Positions 37,730 to 51,449 of a DNA stretch of 64,000 bases are shown one piece after another (within the stretch, counting starts at the first letter, position 1; each line of letters starts with the position of its first letter). The notes under the pieces are model-generated. The model had not been told where the DNA came from, made no database searches, and saw nothing but the letters and a program-made list of their open reading frames with translations. The position numbers and the translations under genes were made by a program. The stretch comes from Epiperipatus broadwayi (taxonomy: Eukaryota > Animalia > Onychophora): the NCBI GenBank assembly GCA_028023455.1, contig JAQFVV010000002.1, positions 6,014,001 through 6,078,000 of the forward strand. The letters are read 5' to 3'.

Positions 37730-38965
37730 AATATTCTTCCTTATTCTTTACATGGATTTCTTCTAGTAAGGTCAATAGAAACAAATTTAGTCCATATATC
37801 GGATGCCATAGATAGAGCTATTGAGGCAAAAAGTCAATTTGATGTGATATATTTTGATTTGACAAAGGCTATTTTTTAGAATTGATCATAGATTACTTCT
37901 TATGAAAATAGAGAAAATTGTTTTGTCAATCTATCTAATGATTTTATTCAAATCACTTCTGTCTGATAGAAGTAATTATGTTTATTACAATAATAAAGAA
38001 TCAGATAATTTTAAATCTAGACTTGGACTTCCACAGGTGAGTGTGCTAAGCCCAATATTTTTTGCTACTTATACATCAGATTTGTTAACACTTATTCCAA
38101 ATAAGAACATGTTATGCTATGCAGATGATATCAAAATGTTTCTGAAGATTAATAATAAAAAACATATTGAAACTTTACAAAATTATATAGATATATTTTA
38201 CAAGTGGTGCCAAGCAAATAACATGAAAATAAATGTTGGTAAATATAATGTTATGGCATATTCAAGAAAAACAATGTTAATACAAAGTAATTACCATATT
38301 GACCATCATGAAATTAAGAAAATTACTGACCATAAAGATTTGGCTATAATTTTCACAAGCAATTTTAATTTTAATAACCATATAACATATTCTGTCAATA
38401 AAGCATTTAAACTCATTGGCTAGATGCTCAGATAAAAAATTGTTTTTGATTTCCAGACTAATAAACTAATATTTAATAGTTTGATATTGCCAATTTTACA
38501 TTATGGATACATTGTATGGAATTCCATAAATGAAACAAATATGAAAAAAGTACAAAAAGTTTATGATACATATTGTAAATATGTGTATAAAACTTCATCT
38601 AATAATAATGAATTGCAATTGCATAATAAGAGAATATTATCTGATATGTGTTTTTTATATAAAATGATAAATGGCACAATAACTTTTTGATAATTCAGTA
38701 ACAAATATGCTATACAAAATACCAACATTTAATAGCAGAAATCATGATTTTTTTATTTACCATTAATTAAACATATATGTGTAAAGAATGCACCAGTATA
38801 TAGATTACAATTTAAATATATAGTTTACACCAGATTTTAAAATATTTAAAAAATATATTAAATTTATTAAATCAAAATTTTATGTAAATTTAATCATTGT
38901 AAATGTTTTCTTGGCTTTGTAAACTGTTGTATACTAATAAATTGAATTATTATTATTACTATTAT
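37730..38965 (+). mobile_element. 5'-truncated CR1-clade LINE (RT to 3' end)
   Basis: HGFLLVRSIETNL, DVIYFDLTKA, GLPQVSVLSPIFF, CYADDIKMF, KDLAIIF, ILPILHYGYIVWN. Ends in aataaattgaatt(att)n. Confidence 0.88.
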
Positions 38966-38984
38966 TATAATGATGTTGTTGTTT

Positions 38985-41015
38985 CAAAAAGGAACTTTAT
39001 TCAGACTAGAAGAGCAGGTTACTTTCTGTATACATGTGTTTATATTGCTAATTCTGAGGATTATGTATATTATGTCTAACTAAGTTCTTTACAGGTCTTT
39101 ACAAATATAAACTGGGTGAAGGATGGATTGTTTGTTCTAAGTTATAATACTAAATTTATATGTCTTCTGTTAGTTTTTTTTGTTTTTTTAATTACATTGG
39201 TTTTCTTTAAACTGTTTCTCAAAGTTATCTTATTTACATTTGGATAATTAACACATGTATACAGTATATATAAATACTTTGTAACAGTTTGTTAATCTTT
39301 AGATATTGGTTTTGTAAGCTGAGATATGCTTCTGTTGGCAATATTTTGTATGTTTTATTATCTATCATCTATCGATCCTTGAATTTTGTGATGTCCATTT
39401 CTTTGCACTCTCTTTTTGAGTATATTACTTAAGATTTGAGGGATGGCAGAACTATTAGAGATTTGAGCGTTGTTTTATAAGTGACCAAGTGGCTGCGAAA
39501 ATGTCTGGGTTTACCATTTTATTTTGATTTTTAATTGTGTTAATTTGTTGTGAAATGATGTACGTCGCCCTGTATTATTGCCAATAGTAAATGTGCATCG
39601 CATGCCCAAAATGCATAGACCACGAAGTTGCTGCGTGGATTGTAGAAGTGGATGTTCTGCAGAATGTGCTAATATCCTACAGGGAGATGTTTGATTGTCA
39701 GTATGTATTAGTTATTTCATGCCAAATATTGTTTAATGCTAAGCAGTTGTAAAATATGTTGAGTTTCTTCTGCTTGATGGCATAGTGTGCAGAAGGAGTC
39801 TATTTTTGTGTACAAGCATCTGCATCTTAGGAAGTATGATGTTGGCAAGGCATATAGATTTAGTCTAAGGAGGAAATCAAAAAATTTGGACTCCATGTAT
39901 CATTTTTTAAGCAGCTATTGGTAGTTAATTCCAAGCATCTGGGTAGAAATATCTGGTATATGTCCCAGGTATACCATTGCATAGATCTACCTATATGAAT
40001 ATTTTGTTGTTGTTTGCAGTGATATTTGAGTATGTATGGTTCTAAACTGATTTACAACTGATAATAGATAGCAATGTGAAGGTGGAGGTTTATCTGTAGA
40101 TATTATTTGGATTATACATAGAAGTTCTGGGAAATGTCTGAGGGTGGTTATTATAAGATTTGCAGTCTTCTATATTTGAAAAAATATCTCTGTTGTGTAG
40201 CCTCAAACCATTGTGTATTATTGGGTGACCAAGGCATTTTGCAGATATTGACAGTCTTTCTATTCCATAGAAGTTTATTGCAATGTGAAGATTTTTGATG
40301 CAAAGGCTTTGGAAAATTGAATTATGGAAAAATATCGATAATCTTGGTGATCACCAACTGATTGAACAATTGTAATTTAGCATATATTGAGAGGTATGCT
40401 TTTGATAGTGAAGCAGTGATCAGTTCTGCTTTGTCTTTTAACTTGTTCTGGATTTCTTGCTTCACTACCTTTGTCCCCATTTAGAAAGGAAAGCTGAGAA
40501 AGGCACATGGTTTGCCTTGGAAAATTTGTGTGCATGACTTTCTGGTGTATAGCGACCAGGCAGCAGTCATGTTCTGGTTAAATTTTAGATGGTATGTTGG
40601 TTGGAAGTCTTGAAGTATTTTCTGTAATATTAGTATCTGCTTTCTAGACGGAAGGCTGTGATGTCAACAAAATATGCAATGAAGGCTATATATTATGATG
40701 TGCCTGGTATCTGGATGCCTTTGATACTCTGCTGGATTTTCAGTATGAGTGGGTTTATGTAAAAAGTAAATAACAGTGGCTGAGTGGGGAGCCTTGGGAT
40801 ATGGATTGTGTGGGAATGAATGATGTAGAATTTCTGCCATTGAGTGTGTTGTGGATTTCTCTGCTAAGTAGTAGGTTTGTGAGCAGGTACAGATGAGTTT
40901 GTGGAATTGTGGTGCCAGCTAGCATGCTAATTAATGTATTAATGTCAAATGAGTCAAAAGCCGCCTCTATATTAAGTTGAACTGCAATTGTTGTTGCTGT
41001 TTTTGTTATTATTAT
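38985..41015 (-). mobile_element. 5'-truncated L1/Tx1-like LINE related to the 16568-22499 element
   Basis: Minus frame IAVQLNIEAAFDSFDINTLISML...RNSTSFIPTQSISQGSPLS parallels LVVQLDFSAFDSV...ISIPQGSPLA. C-terminal CTLCHQAEETQHI near 39780. AATAAA (minus strand) at ~38996-39001. Confidence 0.85.
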
Positions 41016-41282
41016 TTGTGTTTAACTCATGACAATTTATTTAACCATTCAAAATATGTTTCAAAGGTGAATGAGTTTTGTGGTCATTTTTCTTGTAATA
41101 AAAATAATAAAGCAGTTTTATAGACTTGGATAAAGTCATTAGTGTATATATTTTACAACATAACTTTTTCCATGTTATATTAATCTAATATTATGACTGA
41201 TACTCATTAAGATATGTTGGGTGGACTGAAACTTGCGGTTTAGATACAGCCAACATTTTGAACGCTATATTAAGCTTAATAA

Positions 41283-44200
41283 AATGGATACTAATTATAA
41301 AAAATTAAATGCTAAGATGGATGCAAACTCAAAAGAATTAGGCTAACTTAGAAGTCAGATTTGATGCTAATTCTCAAGACTTAAGAAGCTAAATTAGATG
41401 GTAATTCTAAAGATTTGAAGTCAGAAAAGAAGTAAGAATTTGAACTCAAAAAACGTTTGCAAGATTTGAGGAATTGCAAAAACAATATCAAAGTTTCCAA
41501 AAACAAATGGCCAATAATAAGTTTTTAAGGGACAGGTTTAAAAATTTTAAGGATAATATGGAATGTTCTTTACAAACATTGTATATCAGAATGAAGGTTA
41601 GAAATGAGAAATGCTATAGTTATTCAAAAAGAAGATATCATAAAAATTAGTTAAGAGTATTTGTCAAAGAGTAATTCATGAATCTAATAAAGTGAAAGTA
41701 CAAGAGATTCATGAAAGAATGTGAACTATTACAAGCACAGTCTACAATCGTTTTCAAGAGATGAAATTTAGGAAAGGCTAGTGAATATAAAAATTTAGAT
41801 AAGAGGTTAAAGCAATTCTTTTACAATGGAGAAGATAAAAAATGTTAAGACCGCTTGAACTTGATATTAAGAGAAAGGTATTAGGGGTAATTCAGATGAG
41901 ATGAATATTCTTGATAAATGCAAAAATGAAGTGAGAAAGGATATAGTGAATATGTATAGTCAGATGGAAAAGTTAAATGCAATGGTGTGCAGGAAGTTAT
42001 ATTATAGCTTTAGAAAAACAAATAGAAGACTTTAAACTTGAGGTAGACCAAATTAAAAATAAATATGAAGGGGAGATAAAGATACATTCAGAAAATAATG
42101 ATATTTCCATTACCCAAAGAAACAATGAAAATCCTGATTTTCTCTTGGCTCAAATCATGATGATGATGTTGTGACAATTGTTGTTGAAAATAGTCAAAGA
42201 AAAGTAGTTAGTAAGAATAATAGTTGCCATATCAGCTCAAATATTTCATATTTTGTAAGTGTAAGTCTTCAAGGGAAATATAATGAGAATACTGTTGAAT
42301 ATCTCAGTACTTTAGAAGAATTGTTCATCTTGAATATACTTAGCAAATAGGAAAAGTCGGCGATAGCTAACAATCATCTCTATGCATCTATAAAGGATCG
42401 GTGGTGATCATTGCCAAAAAAGTCCTGAACCTATGGGGATTATAGATATGCTAGAAAGGATAATATTTGGAATGAGGACAAACAAGATTACATATGCCAC
42501 CAATAATGCCATGAAAAGTACAATAACAATAAGGGATATTTTATTCAGTTAAGCAACAAATTGCCAAGTTTTAAGATTTTAACTGCCTTCCATTTGTTAA
42601 AGACATAGATTAAGCATATACTACATTAAAATTTGCCTCATCTCATCAAGCAAATAGTAGTAAACACTTATGAATATATTGTAGAAGAGGTTTCAAATTT
42701 ATTAGGAACCTTGGAGGCTAGTAAAAATAGCTATGATTAAGTGCATAAATCTAGGAAGGAAACCCAAATTACTCACTAGCTAATGTAAACTATAGCGGGG
42801 ATGAAAATCATGTCAAGGGAGAATCACAAATAATCATCAGTTAAAGAAACAGGGATTCTATACAAATCATACTGATGATGATATAAAGAATAATAGATTT
42901 AATTAAAATGTTCCTCAACCATGAAGCTATTGTAAATGTGAATAGGCAAATACATTAATAAAAACTTCTATGGCCAAATCTAAATGTCAACAATTAAACA
43001 AGAAAGGGCTTCTTGGCAATGTTCTTCACTGCAGGGATGTGTGATTAACATGGAAAGGGACAATCTGGTCTTGACATTGAATTTATTGGAATTTGACTTA
43101 GAGGAATTGAAACCTGAAACTTTAGATGATCACTCACTATTAACAGTTGTTCAGAAATTGTTTTGGTAGAAGGAATTAAAATTAAAGCTTTACTGGAAAC
43201 TGGTAGCCAAATATCCAGTATTTCAGAAAAATCTGATCTTATTAAAATTTATGATGTAAATCCATCTGTTCCTTCATTACCACTTAAGCAATCTTCTAAA
43301 ATCACATTAGCAAATGATTGCAAAATCAGGTTATTCTCTCAACAGATATGAGCTAAAATTCAATTAGGTTATTTAATTATAGAACTACATTTTTAATCAT
43401 GACTAGAGTCAACCATGAACTGGTCTTAGGATTTGATTTTGAGAATCAACATGATTATATTAGTAAACAAATTATCTGCCAAGATGAAAGAATTAATTTT
43501 AATCATTGCATTTTTGTAAGCTGTGTACACACAGCCATTATTGAATTAAACATTAACCCTCCTGTATTCTGACAGATTTCTTTGTATTCTGACAGATTTC
43601 TTTGTTATCACTAGATTTATTTTCAACTTTCATTTTGATATTAAACCATTATTATTTATCAGAATATAATAAATTTGACCTTATTCGATAGATATTTTAG
43701 TTTAGAAATTAAATAAATTTTAAAAAATCACATTTGATTTTAGAAATTATTTTAAAAATTAGATTTTAATCAAAACAAAATGTGGTCATGTCAAATTTCA
43801 GGTAGAGCTGATTCAATTTGCAAAATTAACGAAATCTGTTTAATGTTTGTTTTAAAAATCTGAACGAATTATTTTTAGTAATTACTAAATCTATCAATTT
43901 ATACTTTAATTAAAAGTTTACAATTTTTTTGTAATTTCTATGATATCACTATATATTATAACAATCAGGTGAGTAACTTCATTTCTAGACTGCTGTTTCT
44001 TATGACCATAATCTCTATAGTAACAATATTCAGAAGAATATATTCTTTGATATTTAAAAAATAAATCATTTCTGCAAAAAATATGTAATAACATTTATTT
44101 TTGATTTCTAATAATTATTACACAATTAAGATACAAATAAAATCATAAACTTTCCAAAAAATCAAGTTTTTAGACCATTGTAATATTTTCTCAATGATTG

Positions 44201-44655
44201 TAATATTTTCTCAAAATAATCTCACAAAGTTTTAGAGCTTGAAATATAAAATGGCTACTCATTATCCCAAGCTTGAGATGCTTTGATGGACTGCCTATTC
44301 AATTTTCTCACCATCTTTAGAATTTTTATGCATTTAAAATATTAGAAAATAAATATACCTGTATTTTAAAACCGTAAAAAAAAAAAAGTTTTGCAAAATT
44401 TTCACTAAGGAAAGAAAAATGCAAAATTTTACTTTTAGAAATCTTAGACAAAGTCTGACCATCTCACAATATGATTCAGTTAAATTGAAGTTAGATGAGT
44501 CTGTTGATTTAAATGTTCAGATAAAAGTAGCCTTGGATAAATTGCTACTTCAGTTTAAGAATGTATTTTCTAAGCAGCCTGGGATTATTAAAGGCTACAT
44601 CTGTCAAATTCTTTGTGTAATTCAAACCCATTCCAATGTAAGTAATATCCTATAC
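41283..44655 (+). mobile_element. Ty3/Gypsy LTR-retrotransposon internal remnant (gag, protease, start of RT), interrupted
   Basis: Coiled-coil gag start MDTNYKKLNAKMDANSKEL, capsid-like QGKYNENTVEYLSTLEELF (~42270), protease IKALLETGSQISSIS (43163-43351, DTG to ETG), and RT start LDKLLLQFKNVFSKQPGIIKG...YPIP (44419-44655). No LTRs identified. Confidence 0.75.
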
Positions 44656-44700
44656 CAGGAATGGCCAAACTTTTAGATATTGGGCTACTTTTTTGGTGAA
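44656..44700 (+). mobile_element. hAT-type terminal sequence truncating the Gypsy RT
   Basis: CAGGAATGGCCAAACTTTT...GGGCTAC resembles CAGGGNTGGCCAAAC hAT termini. The partner TIR was not found. Confidence 0.35.
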
Positions 44701-45899
44701 AGTGTATCTGAGGGTGACTATGTTGTTTTTTCAGGACTTCGAACCAGAAACAAGAAAACTTTTGCACTATCTATTGACCATTTTTGGTCACATTTTCACT
44801 ATTTTCTTGTAAATTCATAGCTTTATCGGTATTTAAATTTTAATTCCAAAAAAAATCCACTATTCGCAGTATTTTTCACAAAAAAATTATTTCTGATTCT
44901 GGTCTATTGTATGTAGTCCCACCTCTTTTCCTTATAAAATGCCTCAAAGTTCTGACTGTCAACTTTGGCTATTGTTTTCTAGGCGTTTCTAACTATCAAA
45001 GTTAGAAATCAAACCCAAATGTTTTATGCTTTCATAATAGATTTTGAATGTAAATAACTATATTTCTCATAATTTTTTACATTCATAATTAAGTTTTTGT
45101 ATTAATTTACCTAAATATAAAGTTTGAATCAAAAAATTTTAATTTTATGAAGAAAAATAATGAAGGAAAAATGAATAATGCTGGACCACTATTCAAAACA
45201 AGTGAATAACGTTGACCATTATTGCTTTCATAATAGATGTTGCTTATCATCAGTGTAAAGTTTGCTTCATAATAATTGAAGAGATTGTTTAAGTACATTA
45301 TAAAACTTATAAAATCAAAACATTCATATTACCTTTTCTTTTACAATCTTTGATATTTTTTTATATCGTAATAGCTATCTTGTTTACTATCCGTTACAAG
45401 TTGGATATTTTTGTTATTTTATTCATAAGATTTTAACATTTTGAACTGATTATGATTTTTCAAATGTTGCAGAATATTTTCAGAAACTATATCTGGTATG
45501 ACATTAAATGGTGAAAAAATCACTTATATGAAAACTATTCCTTATAATCTAAAGATTTATTTGCTAAAAACATGGATATGAAATGTGAAGCTATTTTTGC
45601 ATAAATGAATATGAAGAAAATATTTTAATCTACTGATGTAAGAGAGCCTCCAGAAAGGATATGGTGATTTCACATTGTGAGAATATGCTTTTCAAAAATA
45701 TACACATCTTTTTCAAACAAAAAATGTATTAAAATAAAAACAATGGAAATTTAATTTTTGATATTACTGTACTTATGTGTATCAATATGTCTAATCAAAA
45801 GAAATTTGTACATATTACAATGACAATGATGATGATAATAATATTGATAATAATAATGGCTGGATGGGAAGTTTAAGAATTTGTTAATATTTGCCCCTT

Positions 45900-46330
45900 T
45901 TTGTGATTCATTAAAGATGAAATTTTAAAAAAATTCATGTTAAATGTCAAAGAGACTTAAAAATTACAAAAAAACATATGAAAAAAATGAAGGGCTGAAT
46001 TATGGATTAAGAGAATGAAAAAATAAGTTGGAAGGATAAATTTGAAATGTTGATGTAATGAAATGGGTGAATAAGAAAAGATTATTTATTAAGGAAATAT
46101 ATAAACAGAAATTTGACAATGGCATATATTAAGTCTAAAACAGAGGATGTATAAAAAATATTGAAGAATCTATGAAATCTAAAAAAAATAAAAGAAGATA
46201 TATATAGAAAAGAAAAAATGATGGATCTAAAGAAAGTAGTCAAATATGTCTTAGAGGAATGGGGAGAAAAGCTTAAAGCAATTGATGTAACTAATATACA
46301 AGATCTGGCTTTACAGAAAACAAATTAAAT
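45900..46330 (+). mobile_element. Very decayed RTE 3' end
   Basis: Pieces resembling RISWKDK..NVDV and a final MGRKA...YTRSGFTEN. Many stops. Confidence 0.4.
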
Positions 46331-46676
46331 TGATAATATAAAGTGGAGCATCATATTGCTATTTTATCAATCATCACTTTACTTAAAAGCTATTCAAAAA
46401 TAAATAAATAAACAAAAAAATATGAACATTAAAATTAAATTAATTAAAAATATGTAAATTTTAAATATAAATAAATGTTCTGAATTCTATCCATCATTTT
46501 TATCTTTGCAATGATCTTTCTAGGTCTTGTGCTGTCAAATCATATGTGAAGTCGTTCAATCACATTTTTTTTTTTTTTTTGCAGTTTCTCAATGAAAGAA
46601 AAATCCATATTTTTTTTCTTTTTTTTCCACAAAAATTTCAACTTTTATTTGAAATGGTTTCAAATAAGGCAATTAT

Positions 46677-47187
46677 TTAGTAGGCAGTAGGGCTTACCTA
46701 TTGATACTTGGGGCAGCCAGAGAACCACAACTGAAAATAAAGTGAAAATAATGATTTTGTATATGTTTGAACCAAATCATACTATGTTGGAGAGATGACA
46801 TTTAGAACAACAAATAGATTTTTCTTATCTATAAAGCAACCTAAACAAAAATAGGTAATGGGAGTTAGATATTGTTTTTTTGCAAACGTAATTTAATTAA
46901 AAATAATCATTTTGTGTGTGTGTTTTCTGCAAATATTACTACTGGGAGTTTTAAAAAACTTTAGACAATTTTAGTCAAATCTGAAAATTAAACACTACCT
47001 CTTGACACCATGTTATATCCCTTACTTTTTCATTAAAACAATGTTAATTTTATATTAATGTTCTTTTCTAAAAGTAAATTCATATTTGTATAACTGATTT
47101 GTGTTGGGTTTTTTTTATTGCTTAGTATTTTCAGTAACTGTTCCAGGGCTACCCAAATATCAATAACTGTCTCTCAGCACCTACTAA
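46677..47187. mobile_element. Old MITE with degenerate ~60-bp TIRs
   Basis: ttagtagg...tattgatacttggggcagcc...ctgaaaata pairs with tattttcag...gggctacccaaatatcaata...cctactaa. Confidence 0.55.
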
Positions 47188-47452
47188 ACCATTATCTTTA
47201 AAGAAAATAAAGCTGAAGATCATAGCAATTCTACCAAGGTTAAGAAAACATGTGAAGAGCATCCTGTATGTAATTACATATTAATTTAATTATAAATGAA
47301 AAAAAAAGTTAGCTGTTTGTTTAAAAAAAAAATCTAACCATGAAAAAAGAAAAACAAATCTGTTTTTATAACAATAAAAAAAAAATACAATAAGTTTTAT
47401 TTATTTACTTATGTTTTTTAAGGAATGTGATTGATCCAACATATGTATTCAC

Positions 47453-48870
47453 AGTACTTATGTATTATACCTGCTGTGCTTTTCATATCCGTCTTGTTCC
47501 GTTGATAAATTTCTAACCTTGCAATCCCATCAAATAAACATTGCAATCACAACAAATAACATGAACACCGGAACTTCTGACAAACTTAAGTGATAAATTT
47601 GTACACATAAATAATAAAAACACATTATGATACTAAATAAAAACAGGAAATTGTAAGTTTTTAATATGACATTCTGCTATAACAAATAAGTGCAAGGAAA
47701 CTAACTTTTTCATCATGGCATTTGAGAGTAGAACAGCAACAACTCTGATGAAAACAATCAAACAAAATGTGGAAGAGGGCTTGAAAATTTATTTAGATTG
47801 CTGGAAAGTGTATAAAACTGAGAAACTGATCTGCCAAATATAAACATTTTTATATGTTGGAAAACTTGTAAAACTTAGAAATTATGATCTGCCAGATACG
47901 AATATATTCATATCAACAATAGATGATACTTTCCCTTGCATTCTAGATTATTTATAAAAAAAGTCCACCACAGTGATTTCATTTTGATAAAAGTTTACTA
48001 TTTTTTTTTAAAACAAAATAAATGTAGTTAAACACATTTCTCAATCACGATCCCATGTAGGTGTTATATGACATAAATATATATGGTTTACCACTCCATT
48101 TTGTTATAGCCTGAGCCAGATGTAGGTGTTTTTTTTTTGTTATCTGTCCACTTTGTAATTTTCTGCCCTAGTTAGTATTTTTTTATTTTTTCTTTGTTTT
48201 ACTATCCATTTTGTAGTTAATATACTTATTATTTTTGATTTGTAATTATCACGATTAAAATTTGTCAATTTCTGGCTACTATTGAGGAGTAATAATGTTT
48301 GGAGGCCTTCTGGAGACAGACACACGATTGTTTCATTGTGAGAATTTCTGTTACATATACATGGTAAAAACGTTTTGATTTTAAGTGAGTAAATAGTCGT
48401 ACTAATATAAAATATTTTTTGTTTTGCTTATGCTTGTGACAGCAGAGAGCTGCGCCTTTCTCCAGTTGGAAGGAAAGGATGTTTGCAATAGCAGAATGCC
48501 ATTTTAAAAACTCACAATTACCTGTTTTTATTTAATATCGTAATGGTTTTTATTATTTTTTGTGTACAAATTTATACTTTTTGTATTGTTAAAATGTACT
48601 TTTTCAGATTTAAGCATTAATCTGGCAGATTAGTGTTATGGATTAGAGCTGCTGAGACATTTCAAATACATATCAGTCTACCAATGACATTCTAAATCTT
48701 GTGAAAAGGTCATGAAATAACTTGTACATGGGTCCATTTATACAAATTTATCACTTGAGTTTATCAGAAGTTCCAGTGTGCATGTTATTTGATGAGATCA
48801 CAAGATTAGAAAGTTATCAGCAGGTTGATACATATGTGAAATATCACAACAGGTCTAATACATAAGTACC
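47453..48870 (+). mobile_element. Older internally deleted Merlin element with ~130-150-bp TIRs and a transposase fragment
   Basis: 47454-47603 is a diverged reverse complement of 48741-48869. Terminus GGTACTTATGTATT resembles the TIR of 61927-63197. Internal 47709-47830 encodes FIMAFESRTATTLMKTIKQNVEEGLKIYLDCWKVYK. Flanks gtattcac/acattcat differ only by transitions (possible decayed 8-bp TSD). Confidence 0.72.
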
Positions 48871-49482
48871 ACATTCATTTGTAAATATATATATATATGA
48901 AAACACACATTATATGTGCTTTTTAAATTATTCTGGATTTTTTTTAATTACTTTTATTTATAATCTTAAATTGCTGTAATTTTTAAATTAATAAATGTGT
49001 GTATATATATACATGTTAAAAACCATCTATCTTCTCTCTATACATGTGCGTGTGCATATTGAAAAATTACTACAAATGTCCAGTGCAATACAGTTCTTTA
49101 AACAAAGTAATATGAATTAAGGTTATAACCTTAAGACTATGTGCCTGAAAAAACAAAAGTAGGGATCTTTGCAAATCTTTAACACAAGACCATCTTCTAG
49201 ATATCTTGGGATAAAATATAGCAGATGCAGAGGTTGTACTAATGTAAATAAATTGTTTTATATAAATAAAATGCCTCTAATACAATTAAGAAGATTTTAA
49301 ATAGAATCTTACATTTAGATTTTTTTTTATGTTAAATTTATTTAAAAATCTTTATAAAATTAATATGTGAATACTATAATTATCATTTAAATAAAAATAA
49401 AAATTTGAAAGATTAAGATTTAAAAAGAATTTATATAAATAAAAAATTATTTTTTGGTACTGTGGTATTTCAGCTGGACATA

Positions 49483-50313
49483 AAGAATTATAATCGTTTA
49501 ATCATTAAATTATTTAGGTTATTACATCAAAACCATGTTTTAGAATCTATAATAAAAAAAAAAAAACAATTTAACAAAAAAAAAATAAGAAAAGCATTAA
49601 TGTGAAGAATAATTAAAATGCATGTTTAAATCAAATTGAGTGTGTATCTGCACATGCATAATCTGCGTAATCTTTTTTAATACATTGTACAGGCTTACAC
49701 CTGCATTTATATATGTAATATATGCGGGATTCGAACTCAGACTTTCACACGACCTACAACTCTCAGTGCCATATTATATTGCTGACTCATCTGATCACAC
49801 ACATGTTGAAAAAATAAATAATCACCAATATACGTATTTTGAGCTAAACCAGCACTCATCAGTTGGTTCAGATTACCATCTCCACACATATATACAATTA
49901 GTATTCAGCTTTATATTAAGATAACCAATCTTCATACTTTAATGAGTGCTGGTTTAGCACAAAATATGTATATTGGTGATTATTTATCTTTTCAACATGT
50001 GTGTGATCAGGTGAGTCAGCAATATAAGATGGCACTGAGATTTGTAGGTCATGTGAAAGTCTGAGTTCGAATTCCGCATATATTACATATATAAATGCAG
50101 GTGTAAGCCCATACAATATATTAAAATAGATTATGCAGAATATGCACGTGCAAACACGCTCAATTTGATTTAAACATGCATTTTAACTATTCTTCACATT
50201 AATGCTTTTCGTAATTTTTTTTTGTTAAATTGTTTTTTTTTTAATGTAGATTTTAAAATATGTTTTTGATTTAATAACCTAATTAATTTAATGATTAAAC
50301 GATTATAATTCTT
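49483..50313. repeat. Foldback: ~375-bp inverted arms around an 82-bp spacer
   Basis: 49483-49859 is the reverse complement of 49942-50313 with scattered substitutions. No TSD seen. Each arm has a B-box-like GAGTTCGAAT motif. Confidence 0.92.
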
Positions 50314-51046
50314 CAACTCTAATACCATACCTGATTTTTTTAAGAGTCTTGTAAAATAGTAGTTAGCAATCTAGTTGACAATATTATGATTTCAGATTAC
50401 AGCCTGGACTAAATGAATAATAGAAATTTGTTCAAGATACAAAAAAATAAATAATATTTTTGTAGTATAATTTTATTATTGGATACTCTCTAACAAAAGT
50501 CATTAATGTACAAAAAAAATAAGGTTTTGTTTTCAGAGTGAATGCAACCAGCTATCTACTATTGATTAGTAAATTTAAAACTTATTAGCTCTATAGAAGA
50601 TAAATATCCAGAATAAAATTAAATGTCAAATGTGTTGGTAGTAAAAATAAAATACTGATGCAAGGGAAAATAGCATATACCTATAGGAACTGAACCTTTT
50701 GTTTATCAAATGAATTTAAATTTTAAAAACAAGAAAACTTGCATATACATGTGAGTTTATATTTACAGACACATGACTGCAAAAATTATATATTCAAACA
50801 TAAGTATATTAAAAATAAAGAATATTTATTTTTCCCTAAAATTAACCAATTTTAATTTTTTATTAGTTTTTTTTTTTTTCATTGGTTAACTAATAATAAA
50901 ATCAAAAATAAACCACACAAAATATTTTCAGAAAAGAATCATTGTAAAATGTTAATCCTAACTGATATAAAATAATCTTATAAAAATATCTAGAATTTTA
51001 AAAAAAAATGACAAAATTATTGCTAAGTCTACATATTTCATCTTAC

Positions 51047-51088
51047 CACAGTTGGGAACCTTCTTACCTTAATGTGAATAGTTGTTGG
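51047..51088 (-). other. Candidate micro-exon with two alternative donors (21 or 42 nt)
   Basis: Minus strand reads ctttttttaattccttgacgtcag|CCAACAACTATTCACATTAAG|GTAAGAAGGTTCCCAACTGTG|gtaaga. Phase 0 gives PTTIHIK(VRRFPTV). Confidence 0.22.
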
Positions 51089-51449
51089 CTGACGTCAAGG
51101 AATTAAAAAAAGATTTTAATAACAGTGGGATACAAGAAAACTTTTGAAATTTATACAAACTGCATAAAAAATGTATAAAGAGCTTTTAAAAGTAATACAA
51201 ACAATTAATAATTGCAGTTTGATATTTTCTATATATATTTACATGCACACACTAAACAGCATAAATTTAATTATAAAGTCAATAAATATTAAATTAAGAT
51301 GACAGAGAAAAAAGTATAAAAATTCAATTTCGAAATGAACAAAAATTAATAAATATATGGAAAATCTACATAATGAAAAATATCATAGCAAAAAAAATTA
51401 AAATGGCTGAATTATTTTTAAGATAATACAATTAAAATATAAAATTAAT

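Noticed and set aside
49640-50116. Two similar ORFs on opposite strands
   Set aside because: Mirror products of the foldback, with no recognisable domain.
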